From IMG/VR virus record IMGVR_UViG_3300027747_000967, positions 1 through 64,000 of that record: a stretch of DNA of 64,000 bases; one strand, written 5' to 3'. Positions 59,534-64,000 of this stretch are shown piece after piece. The notes beneath the pieces are model-generated. The model made no database searches. It was not told where the DNA came from and saw only the letters and a list, made by a program, of their open reading frames with translations. The first letter of the stretch is position 1. Each line of letters starts with the position of its first letter. The stretch comes from a virus. The translations under genes and the position numbers were made by a program.

Positions 59534-61374
59534 TTTTTTCCTTTAATCCAATCGTCAGGTATCTTACCATGTTTCTTTTTAAAATCGTTATGTAAATCTT
59601 TGCCGGTAATTCCATGTTTAACAGCAATTTTTTTCATTAAACTATCAATTGAATCATAACTATGACTATCTAACTTCTGTAAACCTTTTTCTAATTCTAC
59701 TACACAGTCCTCATTAAATTTCTTCTTACCTTTTTTCTTAATGATGACACCAACATTTCTATTTAAATCTTTATAGGTATCCATACCTTCTTTGTTGCTA
59801 GCACCACCTAAAACACCACCTAAACCAGATTCAACATCATTTTGAAAACCATTATATTCTTTAAATGTTCTCAACTTCTTCTTTTTAGGTACATCATAAT
59901 CACTACTTAAAGGATTTACAGAACCACCACCTGGCATTGCGTTACTAGCAGGACTTGCATTACTATATTCTACTGTCTCTCCCATGCCACCTAATCCAGC
60001 ACCACCAGTTAATCCCGAACCATTAGTTCTCGTATTCCATTCTCCACCTAAACCAGTTGGTCTTACAGATTTAGGTTCTTTACCTGAAGTATCGCCACCT
60101 TTTAATCTTTTCTTTTTATCATTATCATAATTAAAATTGGGTTCTTTAGGTAAAGGCAATGCTCTTAAAATAGGTTTACTTTCTGTCAATACACCCCTAT
60201 TCCTTTTCAACCATCCTTCTGCTACATCGGTAAATCTGTTGGAATCTAAAAAGAGGTTTGTATTTTCATATACTGTATGAATATCCTCTTCCTTGGTATC
60301 TAGGTTTCCTGTGTTGTCAAAGCCTATAAATGTCTCAAAAATTTCATAAAAACTATTAATATTTTTTTGCGATTTATTCCATTTGTGATATCGAGCAGAT
60401 TCATTCATCATTTTAGACAATGATTCATTTCTTTGTTTACTAATTTCATTGGTTGTTCCAACAAAAATCATCATGGTTTCGTAACCAAGTTCTTCAAGTT
60501 CTTCTTTAATATAAGAAACTTTTTCATAATCGTCCGCAGGTCCATTAATGATTAGTGGGCTTCTTCTGCGAATTGACTCTCTACGATAATCGTTGGTTTT
60601 TTCGGATAGTTTTTGTTTATCACCAAGAAAATCAATAGCTTGCGTAAAATTAATTTCAGTCATTTTACTCTCAGCAATGGCTTCACGGATAATAATGTCT
60701 TTACCTGAACCTGGACCACCAGTTAGAAAGATTGCCTTGAATGAACCACGATATATTTGTTCATTTAATCCCATGCCTTTACGGACATCATGCATCAATT
60801 CTTTTGTGTGTTCGTCAGAAACATGAGATGGAACACCTTCACGAAAGCCAGCGAAATTATTATTTTTTGCGTGTTCTCTCATTTTTGTAGCAGACATACC
60901 TTCTGCACCTTCAGCGTCAGGGTCACGATGACCAGCAGACACAACACTTATCTTTTTGAACTTATAAAAACCGTGTTTACCTTTTACGTCATTGTATTTG
61001 TCCAATGTTGTTTGGAATTCTTTAACACGGTCAGAACCAGCAACTACGATTAGATGGTCATGTCCTTTATTATAAAGTCTGGTAGCATGATGAAAAATAG
61101 AAGGTTCTTCGGAACTAGAAGATTCAAAATTTGTACCAGGAGAATATCTTCTTAAATGTTTAATTTTTTGTTTGGCAGACAAAGGATTCTTTTTTGTATC
61201 TTGTGAATGTGATACAATAATATGATGTGGTGCATGATTTTTTTCTGCAACTTCTCTTATTTTATGAATTAACTTTAAATGACCAGTAGTAGGAGGATTC
61301 ATACGACCAAACGCCATCACCACAGGATTATGTGTTTTTTCTATTTCTTCATATAATTCTAAAAATGATTTCAT
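59530..61374 (-). CDS. Cytidylyltransferase/NMNAT-like nucleotidyltransferase fused to a P-loop kinase-like domain
   Basis: FGRMNPPTTGH, KNPL, VAGSDR, MSATKMR; then KAIFLTGGPGSGK. Confidence 0.8.
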   Translation of the reverse strand: MKSFLELYEEIEKTHNPVVMAFGRMNPPTTGHLKLIHKIREVAEKNHAPHHIIVSHSQDTKKNPLSAKQKIKHLRRYSPGTNFESSSSEEPSIFHHATRLYNKGHDHLIVVAGSDRVKEFQTTLDKYNDVKGKHGFYKFKKISVVSAGHRDPDAEGAEGMSATKMREHAKNNNFAGFREGVPSHVSDEHTKELMHDVRKGMGLNEQIYRGSFKAIFLTGGPGSGKDIIIREAIAESKMTEINFTQAIDFLGDKQKLSEKTNDYRRESIRRRSPLIINGPADDYEKVSYIKEELEELGYETMMIFVGTTNEISKQRNESLSKMMNESARYHKWNKSQKNINSFYEIFETFIGFDNTGNLDTKEEDIHTVYENTNLFLDSNRFTDVAEGWLKRNRGVLTESKPILRALPLPKEPNFNYDNDKKKRLKGGDTSGKEPKSVRPTGLGGEWNTRTNGSGLTGGAGLGGMGETVEYSNASPASNAMPGGGSVNPLSSDYDVPKKKKLRTFKEYNGFQNDVESGLGGVLGGASNKEGMDTYKDLNRNVGVIIKKKGKKKFNEDCVVELEKGLQKLDSHSYDSIDSLMKKIAVKHGITGKDLHNDFKKKHGKIPDDWIKGKK

Positions 61375-62378
61375 TCGTCTATCGTTTTCTTAAAATTGAT
61401 ACCTTTATGGCCTAATGTTTTGGCCATTGCTTGTAAGTGTTCATCTTCATCTAAATCAACATGACTTTTTTCCAAATGTTTTACTTTAAACATCACCATT
61501 CTTTTCATAGGATCGCCAGTTTTTTGATAAACTCTGAATTGTCCTTTACCTTTTGCTTCAGGTAATCCGTGGCCAGTTGCATCTTTTTTTCCTACTTTAT
61601 AAGTACCGTGTTTACCAACTTGCAAAACATGGACATGATGGTCTTTTAAATATCCGTTTGCTGGGTCCAAATTTTCATGTTCAAATAAAACATCTTTAGC
61701 TCTTTTGACATTTTCATTGGGCATATGATGTTTATTCATATGTTCTAAGATACCTTTTGCTTCAATATGTTTTGCATAAGTAGGCCTATTCGCCTTATTC
61801 TTTTCGGGCATATGCCAACCGCCTTTGTTTTTATCATAGGCAATCGTCAATTGACCAAATGCGGCTGTTTTACCAATTTTTGTTTCACCTTGTAACACTT
61901 TTTTATCTCCAACTTCTCTTTCACTATGAACTCTACCTTTATGTTTCTGTCCGGTTTTTTTATTAATTAAATTAAAATCATTACCAGCAGAAAAACCAGC
62001 GGCTTCTCCGTGCATCAAACCATGTTTTTTTAATCTTTCAACAAATTGTTTTTCATAATCAAAACCTTTATTAGCTTTTTGTTCACCAGGTTTAACAATT
62101 TTATTTGCAGGTATTAAAGTTTTCTTTTTTGTAACATTATCGGTAGCATGAACAAATAATTTACCGTCATATCTTTCTGCTTTATGTAATATTAAATCAG
62201 CGCCTGCAGGAACATCTTTATGACCTACGCCTAGTTTATGAGTAGGCGTTTTACTATTCAAATGAGGTGTAACATATTGTTTTTCGTGTCTTTCTGTGTC
62301 AAATCCAGTTGCAGCAATATATCCTCTCGATTCAAGAATTAAATCTTCATAGAGAATATATTCTTTAAAATTAAACAT
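61371..62378 (-). CDS. Putative PD-(D/E)xK nuclease-like virion protein
   Basis: GFDYE, AG..GND, GETK..AAFGQ; MFNFKEY..LILE N-terminus. Confidence 0.45.
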   Translation of the reverse strand: MFNFKEYILYEDLILESRGYIAATGFDTERHEKQYVTPHLNSKTPTHKLGVGHKDVPAGADLILHKAERYDGKLFVHATDNVTKKKTLIPANKIVKPGEQKANKGFDYEKQFVERLKKHGLMHGEAAGFSAGNDFNLINKKTGQKHKGRVHSEREVGDKKVLQGETKIGKTAAFGQLTIAYDKNKGGWHMPEKNKANRPTYAKHIEAKGILEHMNKHHMPNENVKRAKDVLFEHENLDPANGYLKDHHVHVLQVGKHGTYKVGKKDATGHGLPEAKGKGQFRVYQKTGDPMKRMVMFKVKHLEKSHVDLDEDEHLQAMAKTLGHKGINFKKTIDE

Positions 62379-62381
62379 TTA

Positions 62382-63557
62382 CTATCTCACCTTTAATAAA
62401 TTTGCACGAGCAAATTCGGCTCGGTTGACTAATTTTGTAGGCTCGCCTGCATGATTGACTACAAAACCTTCTGGTTTACTTCTTTTACCTGCAATATGGT
62501 GGTCTAATCCACCTTCATGTTGTTCTAAATTTTTAACTAAAATATTTTTAGCTTGTTGTAAGTGGTGATGCATATTTAATAAATTTTCATAATGGTCTTT
62601 ATTTTTTTCTATATGGTCAGTATGCATTTTTGCTTCTTGTTTTTTTCTTGATTGAGCCGCAGGCGTTTTTAATTTAGCAATAGCTTTATTATATTTTTCT
62701 TGTATATGGTTTGATAAACCTTCAGCGGAAGGTTTTTCACCTGTTCTTACTGTTTGATTTATATAGGTTCCTAGTTGACCAGATTCACCACGATGTGGTT
62801 CGGTTGCCTTATACATTTCACCTTTATGTTCATCATGTATTGCTTTTGCGGCATTCATATGATTATTAAATTCTTCTTGGTCTTTTTCTGAGTAGTGTAT
62901 CTGACTAGTATCGTGTTCTGCGGATTTAGTCCAAACATCCGGATGTTGTTTGAAGTTATGTAAATCTGGATGAGGATCAGCAGACATACTATCAATTGTT
63001 TTTCCGTGATATTGTTGGTGAATAACAACACCCATTTTTGCTTTACGAACTTTATCTGCTTCTTCGCCTTTTGCGGTATAACGAATTGTGTTAGGAGTAA
63101 AAGAGACACCCCCATCCGATTCTTCTTTATCACCTTCTGAAAACATCATATCGCCTTGATATACACCAGACTTGGGTGACATCTTTTTAAGATGTTTAAG
63201 TGCTGAATGTAATTTTTCTACAAGGCCAGGAGCGTGTCCGTGATTTTTAACAATATCTGCGTGAGTATAGTTGATTTTAGGATTTTTATTGAAAGCAGAT
63301 TTCGAAGCAACAAAAAATTTACCTGTTTCTGGATGATGACCAAATACAATAGATGGAGAACCATCATACTTCATAGTTAAAGCGGTACTTTTACTTCCAG
63401 ATTTAATGTGTTCGTGTGTTTGACTTAAAGCGTTATATGTATGTGTAAAACCTTTTGAGCCATATAATAAAGGTCTATCTTCAGCATGGTCTATATGCTT
63501 AAGTTTTTGACCTTCTTCTTCGGCCTCTTCTTTTATGAATACTAAAAATGGTTTCAT
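62382..63557 (-). CDS. DUF6267-like protein with ATP-dependent ligase/nucleotidyltransferase motifs
   Basis: KYDG (motif I), ASKS, QGD, EGFVV (motif IV), KLVNR (motif V). Confidence 0.7.
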   Translation of the reverse strand: MKPFLVFIKEEAEEEGQKLKHIDHAEDRPLLYGSKGFTHTYNALSQTHEHIKSGSKSTALTMKYDGSPSIVFGHHPETGKFFVASKSAFNKNPKINYTHADIVKNHGHAPGLVEKLHSALKHLKKMSPKSGVYQGDMMFSEGDKEESDGGVSFTPNTIRYTAKGEEADKVRKAKMGVVIHQQYHGKTIDSMSADPHPDLHNFKQHPDVWTKSAEHDTSQIHYSEKDQEEFNNHMNAAKAIHDEHKGEMYKATEPHRGESGQLGTYINQTVRTGEKPSAEGLSNHIQEKYNKAIAKLKTPAAQSRKKQEAKMHTDHIEKNKDHYENLLNMHHHLQQAKNILVKNLEQHEGGLDHHIAGKRSKPEGFVVNHAGEPTKLVNRAEFARANLLKVR

Positions 63558-63563
63558 TAATTA

Positions 63564-63607
63564 CCTCATGGATTGCAACACACTTTGGTTGCCATGATGT
63601 ATTTATA
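63564..63607 (-). promoter_or_regulatory. T4-type late promoter and leader hairpin for the internal-protein operon
   Basis: TATAAATA 63600-63607; UCAUGG/CCAUGA and GCAAC/GUUGC stems overlapping the GAGG RBS. Confidence 0.7.
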
Positions 63608-63624
63608 CAACTTTTGATTTCATA

Positions 63625-63651
63625 TAACCGAACTTTACAAAAATTCGGTTA
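63625..63651. terminator. Inverted repeat downstream of the epimerase
   Basis: taaccgaa..ttcggtta. Confidence 0.4.
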
Positions 63652-63689
63652 AATATATAGAGAGAAGTTTGAGCTTAAATTATTGGGTT

Positions 63690-64000
63690 TTATACCAGTA
63701 ATTCAATCATCTTTGACATAGGATATTGAGGTTCATATCCTAATTTTTTGATTTTTTTGATGTCTAGTATCATATCTTTTGCTTGAACAATACTATGAAA
63801 TCTAGGTGTTGGTATACTATTAAAAGATGAAGAAGAATTTGTCATTTCCTTAACCTTCAACATTACGTCCATCAAACGAATACCTTCACCGTTCGCTAGG
63901 TTGTAGATTTCATTCTTTTTTCCAGAATTTAGAATAAGGTTGATACCAGACACGACATCATCTACATAAATGTAATCTCTATACACTTCACCACCCTCAT
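63690..64000 (-). CDS. C-terminal part of an NAD-dependent epimerase/dehydratase (runs off window)
   Basis: RDYIYVDDV, EIYNLANG, KIKKLGYEP. Confidence 0.8.
   Translation of the reverse strand, partial: EGGEVYRDYIYVDDVVSGINLILNSGKKNEIYNLANGEGIRLMDVMLKVKEMTNSSSSFNSIPTPRFHSIVQAKDMILDIKKIKKLGYEPQYPMSKMIELLV

Noticed and set aside
8471-61053. Numerous short plus-strand ORFs in the track
   Set aside because: They lie antisense to well-supported minus-strand genes; only 15620, 37818 and 38258 have independent support
1-64000. Alternative genetic code
   Set aside because: Core genes translate full length in the standard code, and TAA, TGA and TAG all act as stops

Overview
This is a 64-kb, AT-rich segment of a large T4-like lytic myovirus genome using the standard genetic code. 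The host is Gram-negative (spanins are present); a freshwater betaproteobacterium is a plausible but unverified guess. Layout: (1) 1-7.2 kb, plus strand: gp2, gp54-like, gp26/gp51 and two large paralogous tail-hub/tape-measure-like proteins. (2) 7.2-17.5 kb, minus strand: gp32, gp59, gp33, nucleases, a tail-fibre cassette, DenV, a homing endonuclease and a PurD-like ATP-grasp ligase. (3) 17.5-35.4 kb: an early island of about 60 small genes with repeated sigma70 promoters that carry a GTTGT-N6-ACAAC box. It is headed by a GG/CC-depleted zone and an odd non-coding element at 35.4-35.8 kb. (4) 36-51 kb: GroES, epimerase, MoxR/VWA pair, RNase H, nrdAB and primase. (5) 51-53 kb: lysis cassette. 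(6) 53-63.6 kb: late operon of putative capsid-internal proteins. Four observations stand out. A probable -1 frameshift (T TTT TTC) fuses gp26 to a start-less gp51. A tail protein combines muramidase, SGNH esterase and alpha/beta-hydrolase domains. About 2.3 kb of early genes are almost purged of GG/CC dinucleotides, even in RBS and promoter motifs. The late operon carries T4-type capsid-targeting N-termini on a KxDG ligase-like protein, a nucleotidyltransferase-kinase fusion, a HAD phosphatase, a nuclease and cassette-like polyproteins. All calls are motif recognition by eye; no database searches were run. No tRNA, rRNA, CRISPR array, integrase or reverse transcriptase was recognised.
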